The notes beneath the pieces were generated by a model. The model was given only the letters and a program-made list of their open reading frames with translations, was not told the DNA's origin and did no database searches. Below are positions 55,416 to 55,434 of a stretch of 55,434 nucleotides of DNA, piece by piece (positions within the stretch are counted from its first letter, which is position 1; each line of letters starts with the position of its first letter). The position numbers were made by a program, and so were the translations under genes. The stretch comes from an uncultured archaeon (GTDB lineage Archaea; Asgardarchaeota; Lokiarchaeia; Sigyniarchaeales; SOKP01), in contig CAZWEM010000030.1 of the NCBI GenBank assembly GCA_964632315.1, forward strand, positions 1 to 55,434, given 5' to 3'.

Positions 55416-55434
55416 TTTGGAAAAAGAAAAAAAT

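Noticed and set aside
1-55434. Selenoprotein (in-frame TGA) or SECIS, tRNA, rRNA, CRISPR array, transposase
   Set aside because: No TGA-interrupted redox gene, cloverleaf, repeat-spacer periodicity or transposase motif recognised by eye; a covariance-model search would be needed to exclude small RNAs

Overview
AT-rich archaeal chromosomal segment, most likely Asgard archaea (Lokiarchaeia-like). The evidence is archaeal informational genes (rps6e, rpl24e, rpoN, rpl7ae, rps28e, bud32, kae1, rps27ae, rps24e, spt4, rpoE1, ileS), GGTGA/AGGAG Shine-Dalgarno motifs, and several eukaryotic-signature-like proteins: a Rab-like GTPase, two roadblock/LC7 proteins, two membrane proteins with C-terminal longin-like domains and a gelsolin-like protein. 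The window also carries fae-hps, a corrinoid/MT2 methyltransfer cluster, glycan-degrading enzymes (GH2, sulfatase, GH20), transporters and two tandem VapBC-type modules. I recognised no rRNA, tRNA, CRISPR array or transposase. The best candidate for an undescribed system is upstream of ileS: an unannotated 24-codon Ile-rich leader peptide (MKESTNFSILICSFIISASTIIIG, 50484-50558, minus strand), followed by mutually exclusive RNA helices, a U8 tract and the ileS ribosome-binding site. This looks like a ribosome-mediated attenuator in an archaeon. Other hidden features: rpl24e and two further genes appear to start at ATC/ATA/ACG; a flavodoxin-like gene has an in-frame TAG; there is a 44-aa stand-alone antitoxin C-terminal homologue; 50-bp repeats precede both TA modules; and the cold-shock gene has a long hairpin-rich leader. 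All calls are by eye from motifs, without database searches.
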